Shown here piece after piece: positions 19,393-31,302 of a stretch of DNA of 51,276 nucleotides. The notes beneath the pieces are model-generated. The model saw nothing but the letters and a program-made list of their open reading frames with translations. It did no database searches and was not told where the DNA came from. Position 1 is the first letter of the stretch; every line of letters begins with the position of its first letter. The position numbers and the translations under genes were made by a program. The stretch spans positions 62,001 through 113,276 of the forward strand of contig DHPR01000019.1 of NCBI GenBank assembly GCA_002410925.1, given 5' to 3'. Origin of the DNA: a bacterium UBP13_UBA5359. Lineage in GTDB: Bacteria > UBP13 > UBA5359.

Positions 19393-21555
19393 TCATTTGC
19401 CCGCCTTTTGAGCATCAAGCCTGATCAATCGGTAATCCTGGTTCGGAATGGACAATTTGAAATCCAGAAATACCTTCTCCTCAGCTACAAAGCGCTGAGC
19501 GTCAAGACTTTTCTCCGTCTCGGCATCCGTTACCGAGACAGCGAATTGGTCTATTCCCTTGAAAAGCTTGCCTATATCGGCCGATACCGTCAGATCTTTC
19601 CTGCTTCCTTTACCCGGATTGGAAACGACCAGCAAGACGGAATTCGAGCGCTTATAGGCTGTAATATATACACCTTTCTGATCGGCGACAAGTGCTTCCT
19701 GACTCCAGAAAGGCAGCCATTCCGCTTCCCAGATCTTGAATTTGCCACGCACTTTCAGGTCTGCATGCAATACGTTCAAGTTACTGTAAGCAACCCAGTA
19801 GCACGAATCAGTCAGCCAGATAAGCGAAAGCATAGCCCTGGTAGCTTTGACGGATTCAGGATACTGGCTGTACTGGAACTTACCGCTGTATTCAGGCAGC
19901 CAGAGAAAGGGTATACCTATCTGCTGACCACGCAGATACGGTCCCTTGCACTCCTCCGGCGTAAAGAATTCAGTATAAAAAGCCGTTTCCCCGGCCAATC
20001 GCCTCAGCGCTTCACCACCGATGGCCAGATCGATAAAGGGATAAGCTGCATTCGAATCATGGCCGACTATTATACTATCAGGGTTAGTCTTCTTTATCTC
20101 CCGATAAATGCGTTTATAGGTATCACGATAGCACAACAGGGGAGCAACCTTCAAGGGCTTGTCGTCTTCGTCGACATAAAGATGATCGGTGTGCTTCGGG
20201 TTTTCACAGGATACAAAAACCTGGTTATCATAATAATAACCGTCCAGCCCCAATTCTTTGAACCATTTTGTCATAAACCATACCTTGTAATCCGTAAAGG
20301 AAGACCAGCCGCATACGTTACGCGAATGAGGCATCTGACCGCTCATCTCCCTCAATTGGGACAACGTGTCTTCCGTCATATCGGGCGAACCTGCGCTCCA
20401 TTTCGGGAAGTTACGAAAAAATACGTCGTCAAGCACGTTATGCATGTTGCCGACGGTGTATACGGTAACCTTGGCGCCCGCTTTATGGAAGTCGGCAATA
20501 TATTTTTTAAAACCCTCGACATTATAGGGACGAGGAATATCTATAGGAATATAGGATAAGGCAAATCCTTCAGGATCGCTTTCCGTCTCCTGCTTACGCC
20601 TTGCCTCCGGGCGATAGCCGGTCAGCCTGACCCCCACCATGGACATACCGGTTTCAAACCAGCGCTGATAAGATTGCGCTGATTGCCCTATGCTGAAGAA
20701 GAAATACCGTCGTCCATCCTTAAGCATCGGCTTGACAGGCAGGGCGTTCCAACCGAAAGAGATAACCCTCTCTTTCTCTATCGCTTGAGGCACAAAGAGG
20801 TCTATAAGATTGAGCCTGACGATAACCCTGTCATCCTTCTTTATCCACTCAAGCTGTCGCGCCTTCCTCTGCAGCCACCAGCCCCGCCTGCCTTCGGAGA
20901 AGAAGCTTATGCCCAGTTCTTCATTGGCCAAGGTAAAGTCCTGCATCTTGAGCTGGCGGCTTTTATCAACCCTGCCCCACATATCCATCAACAGTACCGG
21001 TGAATACCCATCAAACGCCTTCTTATAATGCCTGGCAGCACTCTCCTGTATAGGTATATCAATCGCCAAGCGTTTTACCTTTATTTCCGGGTTCGGCTTT
21101 ATTTTCAATGTTAACCAGGTAAACCCATCAAACTCCATTTCCACTCTGGTCTCAACAGGTATACCGCCAGCCGATAGCGCGCCTTCCCAGACGACTCTGT
21201 CTCGCCGGCACTCCGTTACTTTGCCCGTTCCGGCACCGGCTTTATGCAGATCGCTATCTTCAGCCAGAGCCACTTGTATGGTCATAGGCTCGATAAAGAG
21301 AGGAGTGCTCTGAGTGGTAATTTGAGCAGGCAGTGCCCGTCCGGCAAAGTATGTCTCCCTGCCCCAGCATCGCACTCTATCTTCCGAAACCTCAACCGGT
21401 GTCCACGGCGAGGGCACATCATCGCCGATACCCAGCTTGTTGCCTACCCAGGGATCAGCCGCCTCGACGGCGGTAAGCAACAAGCCCCCGAAGATTACAC
21501 TTAGAAAGATGGTAAATATCGAACGCATTACTATGTTTGGATACACCTTCATCAA
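19393..21555 (-). CDS. Secreted putative glycoside hydrolase (DUF6067/GH-like TIM-barrel domain)
   Basis: Signal peptide; VPSPWTPV start, MEFDGF, FHKAGAKVTVY, LDGYYYDN, FW/PFW motifs; sits in a sugar-utilisation locus. Family assignment is by resemblance only. Confidence 0.6.
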   Translation of the reverse strand: MMKVYPNIVMRSIFTIFLSVIFGGLLLTAVEAADPWVGNKLGIGDDVPSPWTPVEVSEDRVRCWGRETYFAGRALPAQITTQSTPLFIEPMTIQVALAEDSDLHKAGAGTGKVTECRRDRVVWEGALSAGGIPVETRVEMEFDGFTWLTLKIKPNPEIKVKRLAIDIPIQESAARHYKKAFDGYSPVLLMDMWGRVDKSRQLKMQDFTLANEELGISFFSEGRRGWWLQRKARQLEWIKKDDRVIVRLNLIDLFVPQAIEKERVISFGWNALPVKPMLKDGRRYFFFSIGQSAQSYQRWFETGMSMVGVRLTGYRPEARRKQETESDPEGFALSYIPIDIPRPYNVEGFKKYIADFHKAGAKVTVYTVGNMHNVLDDVFFRNFPKWSAGSPDMTEDTLSQLREMSGQMPHSRNVCGWSSFTDYKVWFMTKWFKELGLDGYYYDNQVFVSCENPKHTDHLYVDEDDKPLKVAPLLCYRDTYKRIYREIKKTNPDSIIVGHDSNAAYPFIDLAIGGEALRRLAGETAFYTEFFTPEECKGPYLRGQQIGIPFLWLPEYSGKFQYSQYPESVKATRAMLSLIWLTDSCYWVAYSNLNVLHADLKVRGKFKIWEAEWLPFWSQEALVADQKGVYITAYKRSNSVLLVVSNPGKGSRKDLTVSADIGKLFKGIDQFAVSVTDAETEKSLDAQRFVAEEKVFLDFKLSIPNQDYRLIRLDAQKAGK

Positions 21556-21603
21556 AGATTTCCTTTCTCCTTCTCAACACAGACGTATTGATATGTAGAA
21601 ACA

Positions 21604-22263
21604 TTATTTAACAAAGTAGGTATCCCTGCCGCCGTCTTTAAGCCTATCCGCTTTCATCCAGCTGACATGGCCGTCAACCCATAGAATATTAGAGCCCTCG
21701 CTGTGCCGTCTGCTTACGCCCCAGTCGGTTGCGGAAACCCCGGTCATGGCCCTCATGGTGGGCTGATAAACGATATACAAATTAGCCGCCGCCTGCCATA
21801 TATCGCAGAGTAGCAGGAGCGAAGAAGGCTTGTTGATATCTGCCATAGTCGTAACATTGAGCGAAGACCCCAGGTTATTATAGTTGTAACCGTAGGAGCA
21901 GTTCTCCTTTACTTTATTGGCAGGAAACGCCCAATTAAAAGCTATGCTGTTCGGATCCCCTTCCACACTGGGGCAGAAAAGTATTTTGTTGTTTTTAGCA
22001 TACGGCTCAAGCACATCATACCAGTATTTATTATTCGTACTATAATAATGTCGCGGAAAGGCTTCATCCCAATCCTGGAGATACATGTTGAACGCCAAGC
22101 CCAATTGTTTCAAATTACTCTGACAGCCAGCCTTCCTGGCATTCTCCCTGGCTCTGCCGAACACCGGAAAGAGAATGCTGGCAAGTATGGCGATAATAGC
22201 AATTACAACTAATAACTCTATTAACGTAAATCCTCTTTTTCCTGACCCTTTCATTTCATCCAT
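21604..22263 (-). CDS. Prepilin-type N-terminal cleavage/methylation protein with DUF1559 and H-X9-DG C-terminal motif
   Basis: [50 protein letters not shown] (H-X9-DG). Confidence 0.93.
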   Translation of the reverse strand: MDEMKGSGKRGFTLIELLVVIAIIAILASILFPVFGRARENARKAGCQSNLKQLGLAFNMYLQDWDEAFPRHYYSTNNKYWYDVLEPYAKNNKILFCPSVEGDPNSIAFNWAFPANKVKENCSYGYNYNNLGSSLNVTTMADINKPSSLLLLCDIWQAAANLYIVYQPTMRAMTGVSATDWGVSRRHSEGSNILWVDGHVSWMKADRLKDGGRDTYFVK

Positions 22264-22339
22264 CTCCTTAATAATTTTACAGTTTTACACGTTTGTCATA
22301 CCTTTACAAAGAGATATCAACTTCCTTTTCGTCCTTGCC

Positions 22340-23224
22340 TCACCTCCCTGACGTCACAAGTAATTGATAACCCTCATCGTAAAGTAAAGATACCTCCTCT
22401 GAGGAAAGCGCCCGGCTATAGAGCCGAAAATTGTCCAGCGCTGTCTTGCCCGTCCCACCCCAGGAAGCGCCTAGGCGGAAATAAATACGGCCGTCTAAAT
22501 TGAAATTACTCGTCCCAAATTGCTTGCATTCACCGTCAAGAAAGAAACCCAGGCTCAGCCTGCCCGTTGCATCAGATTTCTTCCAGGTCACAACCAGATG
22601 ATGCCATTTACCCGGCAGCCAATCTGTTATATTATCTTCCTGGTTGCCCAGAACGAACACAGCCTCATTATTCTGTTTTCTTCCCAGCCAGCGCAGGCAG
22701 ACACCGTGAATAGGTGCTCGACCATATTTATACAGAAGAAAATTGAAACCGGCAGACTTTTCATCGCCGATTTTATCAGCAGAGATATCAGGCGAGTATA
22801 CCAGGGCATTGGCGAATATATGATGTTTCTCATCATCGTATTTCCAATCCACCGGGCATACCCAGAGCGACATTGTTCCTTCCTCAGACAGAGTTTTATT
22901 ATCAATCAAAAAGCCGATACCACGCTTAGGAGTGTTTTCGATTACAAGAGCTTTTCTTTCTATTCCCGGAAGATATTCAAGATTACCTATAGCTTCAATT
23001 TTAGGGAAAGGAACGACGCGGCCTTTTATATCGACTGTCCCATTAAACAACATTTCAAGCAAAAGCCCCTCTTCCGAAGCCATGGCCGCTGAGCACGGTA
23101 TGACCAGCAAAAGTAAAAGCAACAGCATCCACTGCCTGTGCATTGCGCAAAAACATTCTTTAAAGTTCACGGCACTCTCTCCTTGCTCTGCCACTCTTGA
23201 ATCCGGCGCCTCGTATTGCCGCAT
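22340..23224 (-). CDS. Secreted LamG-like (concanavalin A-type jellyroll) protein
   Basis: Hydrophobic signal; EGTMSLWV, WHHLVVTW, FFLDG, LDNFRLYSRALS. An alternative GTG start at 23170 is possible. Confidence 0.82.
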   Translation of the reverse strand: MRQYEAPDSRVAEQGESAVNFKECFCAMHRQWMLLLLLLLVIPCSAAMASEEGLLLEMLFNGTVDIKGRVVPFPKIEAIGNLEYLPGIERKALVIENTPKRGIGFLIDNKTLSEEGTMSLWVCPVDWKYDDEKHHIFANALVYSPDISADKIGDEKSAGFNFLLYKYGRAPIHGVCLRWLGRKQNNEAVFVLGNQEDNITDWLPGKWHHLVVTWKKSDATGRLSLGFFLDGECKQFGTSNFNLDGRIYFRLGASWGGTGKTALDNFRLYSRALSSEEVSLLYDEGYQLLVTSGR

Positions 23225-23687
23225 ATCCGCAACGACTCCTTCAAAAATATGCTGACTAATGTTTAAAATGTGTTGTTTATGTTTACTTAATTATTCGGCA
23301 CTGTATTAAAAACTCCTTCTCGATTTGAAGCTTTTGCAAAAATTTATCTTTGCATAACTCACCCCTTTGTTTCAACCGATTCTGCCAGCCGTCCTTCATC
23401 CTGGATATCGATACGATTAACTGGCTTTCATGAACCGCTGTTGCCGCCGTTGCTATCGCCGGCAGTCCTTCGAATATGAATATTTATTCCAGCAGCGAAA
23501 CAAGCGCCCCTTGTATCTGATCCCGGATTTGTGTTAACATATTTTGCATAGCGCCTTTCCGTCTTGTTTTCAAGTTCAGACTTGGCGGGAAGCATTGCTT
23601 TTCCTACTTTTTGCCGGTTGATTTTACCGGTTTTTAGATTTTTGCAATTACCTCTGATATGAGGAAATTGGTGTAAAGGAAGATAAT

Positions 23688-24977
23688 ATGGCTCTGTTAT
23701 TTGAAAACGGCACAGCAATCTTGCGCAAGGCGAAATCAGATCGAGGCTTCAGTACGATAATAGCAGGAGACTGTTGCCCGTGGGAGAAGGCCATCGATAT
23801 TATTCGAGCAGGCAGGTCCCAAGAAATCATCGGAAATTTAAAACCCTTTATAACGGATGCCGATCTGCGAATAATTCAATTTGAAGCTCCGCTTACCAAT
23901 GAGGATACTCCTATAGATAAGAGCGGACCCAACCTCAAATGCCCGCCGGAATGCCTGGACTTGCTTAAAAACTGCGGTTTCAATACGGCGTTGCTGGCCA
24001 ACAACCATATCGGGGACTACGGCTGTGATGCCGTTATGGAGACAATAGGGCATCTCAGACAGGCAGGCATAAGAACAGTAGGGGCAGGTAAGAACCTGGA
24101 GGATGCCAATGCTCCCCTGCAGATGGAGCTTAACGGTATCAAAATAGCATTGCTGAACTTTGCCGAGCATGAGTTCGGAACAGCTGGAGAGAATACTCCC
24201 GGCTGCGCCCCCCTCTCTCCTATAGATAATATAAAGGCTATCAGGAAGGCATCTGAGACAGCAGATCTGGTTTTGACGGTGATTCACGGAGGACATGAAC
24301 TCAATCCCGTACCATCTCCACGTATGGTTAAGACTTACCGCGCCTTTGCAGAAGCCGGAGCTGCTTTGGTAATGAATATCCATACCCATTGTCCTGAAGG
24401 CATAGAGATATGGAACGGAGTGCCTATAGTCTATTCCCCCGGCAATTTCTTTTTTCCGTGGAATGATCCGGCCTCCAGCCGTCTCATCGCCATGTGGTGG
24501 ACAGGCTATTTACCCAAGTTCCATTGTGACAACAAGGGAGTATATGCGCTTGAAATTATGCCTTACCGTTTTGACAACTCCCGAATTTCGCTTCTGACTG
24601 ATGTTGAAAGGGATCAATTCTTTGCTTATCTGCATCATTTAAGTTCCATCTTACAGGACGAAGCCGAGGTTAACAGGTATTTTGAAGGATGGGTGGCGCA
24701 GCAAGGCACCTTCTTTCTCTCCCTGCTCCGCGATCACCTGGCTGCCTGGCCTATAGAGCTTGAACAACAGGATGCCGTGCGCGCTTTGTTGCCGCCTCGC
24801 AACTGCTTTACCTGCGAGTCGCATAACGATCTGATCACCACTTATCTGCGCTTGATAGAAGAAAAAAAGATAACCAAGGCATTGCAATACTGGCCGCTGA
24901 TTGAAAAACTGCAAAGCCCTGCTTATGCAAAGAAGCATCGGCAGGAAATGCTGTCAGGCAGCTCTGATTCTCTTTGA
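23688..24977 (+). CDS. CapA (PGA_cap) family metallophosphoesterase
   Basis: IAGD, FEAP, LANNHIGDYG, IHGGHE, HTHCPEG, YSPGNF. Confidence 0.88.
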   Translation: MALLFENGTAILRKAKSDRGFSTIIAGDCCPWEKAIDIIRAGRSQEIIGNLKPFITDADLRIIQFEAPLTNEDTPIDKSGPNLKCPPECLDLLKNCGFNTALLANNHIGDYGCDAVMETIGHLRQAGIRTVGAGKNLEDANAPLQMELNGIKIALLNFAEHEFGTAGENTPGCAPLSPIDNIKAIRKASETADLVLTVIHGGHELNPVPSPRMVKTYRAFAEAGAALVMNIHTHCPEGIEIWNGVPIVYSPGNFFFPWNDPASSRLIAMWWTGYLPKFHCDNKGVYALEIMPYRFDNSRISLLTDVERDQFFAYLHHLSSILQDEAEVNRYFEGWVAQQGTFFLSLLRDHLAAWPIELEQQDAVRALLPPRNCFTCESHNDLITTYLRLIEEKKITKALQYWPLIEKLQSPAYAKKHRQEMLSGSSDSL

Positions 24978-25020
24978 TCTGATTCTTGTAATTTATAGTA
25001 TCGCCTGAAAAAATCAATAA

Positions 25021-26382
<1,362 letters not shown>

Positions 26383-26404
26383 GAGTTCTGGTAAACTTTT
26401 GTAC

Positions 26405-27532
26405 ATGATTTCGAAACCCAAATACTATACCTTTGCAGATAAACAGGACGATGAGCTGCTTCTGGATTGTGGGCGCAGCCTCGCTCCCGTAACTCTGGCT
26501 TACGAAACATACGGATCTCTTGATGATAAGAAAAGCAATGCAATTTTGATATTGCATGCTCTCTCCGGTGATGCACATGCCGCCGGCAGGCACCACTCTG
26601 ATGATCGCAAGCCCGGTTGGTGGGATAATACCATCGGCCATGGCAAGGCTTTTGATACGGATAAATACTTTATCATCTGTTCCAACGTCATAGGTGGGTG
26701 TAAGGGATCAACCGGGCCGGCCTCTATCAATCCGGCAACAGGTAAACCTTACGGCACCTCCTTCCCCATGATTACTATACGCGATATGGTCAGAGCGCAG
26801 AAACGCCTGATAGATCACCTGGGAATAGAAAAGCTACTGGCCGTGGCGGGAGGGTCCATGGGAGGTATGCAGGTATTGGAATGGGCTATATGCTATCCTG
26901 ATAGAATACGAGCAGCCATTCCTCTGGCTACCACTGCCAGGCTCTCCGCCCAAAGCATCGCCTTTAATGAGGTTGGACGGCAGGCTATCGTATCCGATCC
27001 CTACTGGTGCGGGGGGGATTACTATGGTAAAAAACAACCGACTAATGGCCTTGCTTTAGCCAGGATGATAGCGCATATTACCTATTTGAGCGATGAGTCC
27101 ATGCATAAAAAATTCGGGCGACGCCTACAGAATAGGGATAATTACAGCTATGATTTCATTACCGATTTTCAGGTAGAGAGCTACCTGCACCACCAGGGAG
27201 AGAGCTTTATCAAGCGCTTTGATGCTAACTCCTATCTCTATATAACCAGAGCCATGGATTATTTTGATCTCTCTGCGGAGAAGGGATCGCTGAAAAAAGC
27301 ACTGGAGGGCGTCAAGGCCAGATTCCTGGTGGTCTCCTTCAGCTCTGATTGGCTTTTCCCAACCTACCAGTCTAAGGATATAGCCAGCGCTTTGCGCAAG
27401 AATGATGTGGACGTATCCTTCTGTGAAATAGCCTCCTCTTATGGACATGATGCCTTTCTGTTGGAAGCGGAGCAGCTGTCACCCCTGATATCCGGGTTCC
27501 TGGATTCGACCTACAAAGGGGCATTTTTATGA
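26405..27532 (+). CDS. metX: Homoserine O-acetyltransferase
   Basis: [25 protein letters not shown] nucleophile, SSDWLF, GHDAFL. Start probably ATG 26405; ORF open from 26357. Confidence 0.95.
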   Translation: MISKPKYYTFADKQDDELLLDCGRSLAPVTLAYETYGSLDDKKSNAILILHALSGDAHAAGRHHSDDRKPGWWDNTIGHGKAFDTDKYFIICSNVIGGCKGSTGPASINPATGKPYGTSFPMITIRDMVRAQKRLIDHLGIEKLLAVAGGSMGGMQVLEWAICYPDRIRAAIPLATTARLSAQSIAFNEVGRQAIVSDPYWCGGDYYGKKQPTNGLALARMIAHITYLSDESMHKKFGRRLQNRDNYSYDFITDFQVESYLHHQGESFIKRFDANSYLYITRAMDYFDLSAEKGSLKKALEGVKARFLVVSFSSDWLFPTYQSKDIASALRKNDVDVSFCEIASSYGHDAFLLEAEQLSPLISGFLDSTYKGAFL

Positions 27533-28176
27533 ATTACGTAACTTTGGCAAGCAACAGAATCTCTTTGAAGAATATGCGCTATGACCTTCAGCTTATAGCT
27601 TCACTGGTAGAGAGCGGCAATCATGTTCTCGATCTGGGTTGCGGTCAGGGAGAGCTGCTGCTTTGGCTGACAGAGCATAAGAAGGTTATTGCACGCGGGG
27701 TGGAAATATCCGAGGAAGCGGTCAGAAGCGGTATTGCCAGCGGCCTATCCGTCTATCACGGTGATATTAACGAGGGTCTGGCTGATTACGCTGATAATTC
27801 TTTCGATCTCGTCATCCTCAGCCAGACCCTGCAAATGGTCAAAAACCCCCATATGGTGATGGACGAAATGCTCCGGGTGGGCAAACAAGCTATCGTCAGC
27901 TTTCCCAACTTCGGCCATTGGAGCGTACGTCTCCATCTTCTGCTACAGGGCAGGGCGCCAAAAACAACATCTCTTCCTTATGAGTGGTTCAACACACCCA
28001 ACATTCGCGTATTGACCATCCGTGATTTTCATAATTTCTGCGCCAAGGCCGGTATCACTATTCTAAAAGAGATACCTATCATTTTTTCGAGTCCCTGTAA
28101 CGGACGTATCATCCGGCTTCATCCTAATCTTATGGCACAGTACGGCATCTACGTGCTATCCAGAAAGAAGCATTAA
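27529..28176 (+). CDS. metW: Methionine biosynthesis protein MetW
   Basis: [37 protein letters not shown]; overlaps the metX stop. Confidence 0.93.
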   Translation: MNYVTLASNRISLKNMRYDLQLIASLVESGNHVLDLGCGQGELLLWLTEHKKVIARGVEISEEAVRSGIASGLSVYHGDINEGLADYADNSFDLVILSQTLQMVKNPHMVMDEMLRVGKQAIVSFPNFGHWSVRLHLLLQGRAPKTTSLPYEWFNTPNIRVLTIRDFHNFCAKAGITILKEIPIIFSSPCNGRIIRLHPNLMAQYGIYVLSRKKH

Positions 28177-29339
28177 GAAGTCTCTACCTTTTCACGACGC
28201 TCTCTGCCATACCTTCTCCACCAGGCATCGAAATCATACGAGGCTATCGCACCCAGTGCAGCCAGCATTACACCGAAGAGAAATACCCAACCCAGTATCG
28301 GTATAAGCCCGATAAGAGCAGAGAGCAATGCCCCCAGCAGAAGCCCCCAAACAAGCAGGGTTTCACGGCGCCCTCGCAACAGATAGAGCGCCATCCATCC
28401 AATAAATATGGCTGCCAATACCCTGGCAAGATAGAGCATTATAAGCCAGCTTGCCAGCAGTATAAGCGCTAATGGGATGCCGATGATCGTCATCATCAGA
28501 ATAATCGCTGCTATCGGGGTAACCACCAGTATCAGAAAACCTATTCCCAAGTTTCGCCAGAACCTACCCCAGGTCAGATTGATAGCACCTCCGGTAAAGC
28601 CGGTAAGCAGATAAATCAGTACCAACCCTGTAGCTATTGTCGACAGCAGGCCCCAGAAAAGGAAGAACAGGAAGCCTGCCGGGCCGCCTTTTTCTGCCTT
28701 CTTGCCCACAGCCGGCGCCGGCTTATTATGCTTGACCGGCCCGGCAACTTTGGCCGCAGGATTTATATCCGCCTGTTTGGAGCTGGTATAGATCAGGCTG
28801 CCGGCAACAGCCGCTCCCGACCCCAGCTTTAACATACCTGTGTTAACATTGACAGAGCCGCCGATTTTATTATAGATAGACAGATTACCCAGGTTACCCC
28901 TCACGCTACCGCTGATCGGAGCGCTAAGGTCAGCATTGCCGCCCCAGGCCAGAACATCTCCACCTATGCCGGCTCCTGATACAGTGACATTGCCACCAGC
29001 CACCACCAGATCCCCGGTTATTGAGGAATTGATATTGACTGTACCACCGACCACTCTTACATCATCACCGACGCTGCCATTGATAATAACCGTACCGCCA
29101 GCCACAATTATATCTTGCCTGACTTGGCCGTTGATGGTGACTGTGCCGCCAGCCGCTACCAGATCACCATCGATGGTGCCATCGACAAGCACTGCTCCTC
29201 CGCTGATATACAGGTCATCATTGACAGTGGTTCCGCGAGGAAGAGCAGCCTGCCCGCCGCCTCCCATTAGTCGGGCTGCTTCCGCCGGTGCGGCAGCCGA
29301 CAAGAGCAGGCAAATCATCAATAATATATATCTTCGCAT
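28173..29339 (-). CDS. Membrane protein with polymer-forming (bactofilin-like) beta-helix repeats and a multi-TM C-terminus
   Basis: Signal peptide; repeated GDLVAAGGTVTING units; about 5 TM segments incl. TIIGIPLAL; GGAGGT RBS before ATG 29339. Confidence 0.8.
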   Translation of the reverse strand: MRRYILLMICLLLSAAAPAEAARLMGGGGQAALPRGTTVNDDLYISGGAVLVDGTIDGDLVAAGGTVTINGQVRQDIIVAGGTVIINGSVGDDVRVVGGTVNINSSITGDLVVAGGNVTVSGAGIGGDVLAWGGNADLSAPISGSVRGNLGNLSIYNKIGGSVNVNTGMLKLGSGAAVAGSLIYTSSKQADINPAAKVAGPVKHNKPAPAVGKKAEKGGPAGFLFFLFWGLLSTIATGLVLIYLLTGFTGGAINLTWGRFWRNLGIGFLILVVTPIAAIILMMTIIGIPLALILLASWLIMLYLARVLAAIFIGWMALYLLRGRRETLLVWGLLLGALLSALIGLIPILGWVFLFGVMLAALGAIASYDFDAWWRRYGRERREKVETS

Positions 29340-29384
29340 AAAACCCACCTCCTTTTGATATCATCCGCACTGTTAACGCCGATG

Positions 29385-29420
29385 AAAGAAATAACCCGGG
29401 CGTATTACACCTGGGTTATT
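29385..29420 (-). terminator. Probable intrinsic terminator after the DUF45 gene
   Basis: Minus-strand RNA AAUAACCCAGG-loop-CCCGGGUUAUU followed by UCUUU. Confidence 0.5.
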
Positions 29421-29448
29421 ACCATTAAATGCCGAATATAAAACATCC

Positions 29449-29961
29449 TTAGGCTACGCCTTCCGGTTCCATATTGCAGGCCATCAGATATCCTCTGGCT
29501 CTCTCAGCCAACGGATAGCGGCTGACACATTGCCAGAAGGCAAAAGAGTGATCGGGATAAAGAAGGTGCGACAGCTCATGCACAATAACATAATCCAGAA
29601 CCCATACCGGCATCCGGGCAATACGCTCGGAGATGCGTATTCGCCTTGTGCTGACACTGCAGCTGCCGGCGCAGGTAGTCTGGTTGCTTACATAGCGAAT
29701 CGACTCGTATTTCAGGGCACCATCAAAATAGCGCTTATTAAGCATCTCTGTCCGGCGCAATAAAAAGCTTAATTCGCTTCGAGCGCCTTTGCTCTGTTCC
29801 CTTTCTTCTACCTTGCTGAGCATCCGATCTATCCATTTCTGTTCCTCGTCTTGAGTAAGGCCGTCCGGCAGATAGACCGTCAGCTCATTAGCCCCGGTAA
29901 ACCTTGCAGCTACAGTCTTTTTACGCTGCCTGCTTCGATAAATCTTTACTTCTACATCCAA
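29449..29961 (-). CDS. YgjP/DUF45 (M48-like) metal-dependent hydrolase
   Basis: RSRQRKKTV, GSCS, VLDYVIVHELSHL (HExxH), HSFAFW, YPLAERARGYL. Confidence 0.88.
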   Translation of the reverse strand: MDVEVKIYRSRQRKKTVAARFTGANELTVYLPDGLTQDEEQKWIDRMLSKVEEREQSKGARSELSFLLRRTEMLNKRYFDGALKYESIRYVSNQTTCAGSCSVSTRRIRISERIARMPVWVLDYVIVHELSHLLYPDHSFAFWQCVSRYPLAERARGYLMACNMEPEGVA

Positions 29962-30067
29962 ATCTCATCATCCTTAAAGAGGTCAGAGGATAGGAATCGG
30001 AATGATCGGACAGATGCTCCCTCTTCCAATTCCTGAATTTTCATTACCCGGGCAACCGCCTATATAA

Positions 30068-31102
30068 TTATTTCTGCCGCAGAAAGGCGGGAATATCCAA
30101 ATCATCACCTGAAAGCACTTTAGCCTGAGCATCATCTACGGCAAACCTGCGATCCATCTTTCCACCGAAACCGGTAGCCAGCACGGTGACTCTTACCTCA
30201 CCCTCCAGCTCGGGATCAATAACGGCGCCAAAGATAATATTGGCCTCATTATCGGCAGCACCTGATATAATGCCGGCAGCCTCATTTACTTCGTACAGCC
30301 GCAGATCAAGTCCTCCCGTGATATTGATGACCAATCCCTTGGCACCATCTATCTTCTCTTCTAAAAGCGGGCTGGATATAGCGTGCTGCGCCGCTTCAGC
30401 CGCCCGGTTCTCGCCCTCGCCAATACCTATGCCCATCAAGGCAGAGCCTGAGTTTGACATAACAGCCTTGACATCGGCAAAATCCAGGTTGATTAGGCCT
30501 GCTTCGGTAATCAGATCGGAAATACCCTGCACGCCCTGACGTAGAACATCATCGGCCACTCTGAAAGCTTCCAGAATAGTTGTTTTCTGATCTACCACGC
30601 TTAAAAGCTTGTCATTAGGGATGGTAATCAACGAATCCACTTTCTCTCTAAGCTCAGCGGTGCCTTCCTCAGCAGTTTTCATGCGGCGACGTCCCTCAAA
30701 ACCGAACGGCTTGGTGACTACGCCCACCGTTAGCGCACCCATCTCCCTGGCAATTTCAGCTACCACCGGAGCAGCACCGGTACCGGTGCCCCCTCCCAAG
30801 CCGGCTGTTATAAAGACCATGTCGGCGCCTTCCAGCACTCTGGCAATCTCCTGTTTATCTTCTTCAGCTGCTTTGCGTCCTACCTCGGGGTCCGCCCCCG
30901 CACCCAGTCCTTTGGTCAATGTTGCGCCAAGCTGGAGCTTATCATCGCTCTGCATCTTCTCCAGAACCTGAGCATCCGTATTCATGACGACAAATTCTAC
31001 ATTTCCCAGGCCGGCCTGTATCATCCTGGCCACGGCATTACCGCCGGCACCTCCGATACCAACCACCTTGATTTTGGCAAACTGTCCGTTATTATTCTTC
31101 AC
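30068..31102 (-). CDS. ftsZ: Cell division protein FtsZ
   Basis: [30 protein letters not shown]-terminal [11 protein letters not shown] start 31102 with an AAGGGG RBS; ORF open to 31318. Confidence 0.98.
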   Translation of the reverse strand: MKNNNGQFAKIKVVGIGGAGGNAVARMIQAGLGNVEFVVMNTDAQVLEKMQSDDKLQLGATLTKGLGAGADPEVGRKAAEEDKQEIARVLEGADMVFITAGLGGGTGTGAAPVVAEIAREMGALTVGVVTKPFGFEGRRRMKTAEEGTAELREKVDSLITIPNDKLLSVVDQKTTILEAFRVADDVLRQGVQGISDLITEAGLINLDFADVKAVMSNSGSALMGIGIGEGENRAAEAAQHAISSPLLEEKIDGAKGLVINITGGLDLRLYEVNEAAGIISGAADNEANIIFGAVIDPELEGEVRVTVLATGFGGKMDRRFAVDDAQAKVLSGDDLDIPAFLRQK

Positions 31103-31302
31103 TATAGCACCCCTTTCACAATCTTCACTGCCGGAAAAACATCGTACAATCGTATGTGCCTCCTGCATATGCTTCATATCGATATCAGACTTCGGATCTC
31201 CTATTTGAGTTTCGATATCGAGCGTCTGCTGAATCATACTACCTGCCGTGCCATATTCACCATCAGACATCAGAATTCTCCAATCCGCATAAGCCCATAT
31301 CG

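Noticed and set aside
19117-20559. 480-aa plus-strand ORF
   Set aside because: Antisense shadow of the CBM9-like and glycoside hydrolase genes; no recognisable motifs.
21604-22263. Type IV pilus or T2SS operon
   Set aside because: No ATPase, platform, secretin or peptidase genes nearby; this is a stand-alone DUF1559/H-X9-DG protein.
23688-24977. Poly-gamma-glutamate capsule locus
   Set aside because: No capB/capC; CapA-family metallophosphoesterases commonly occur alone.
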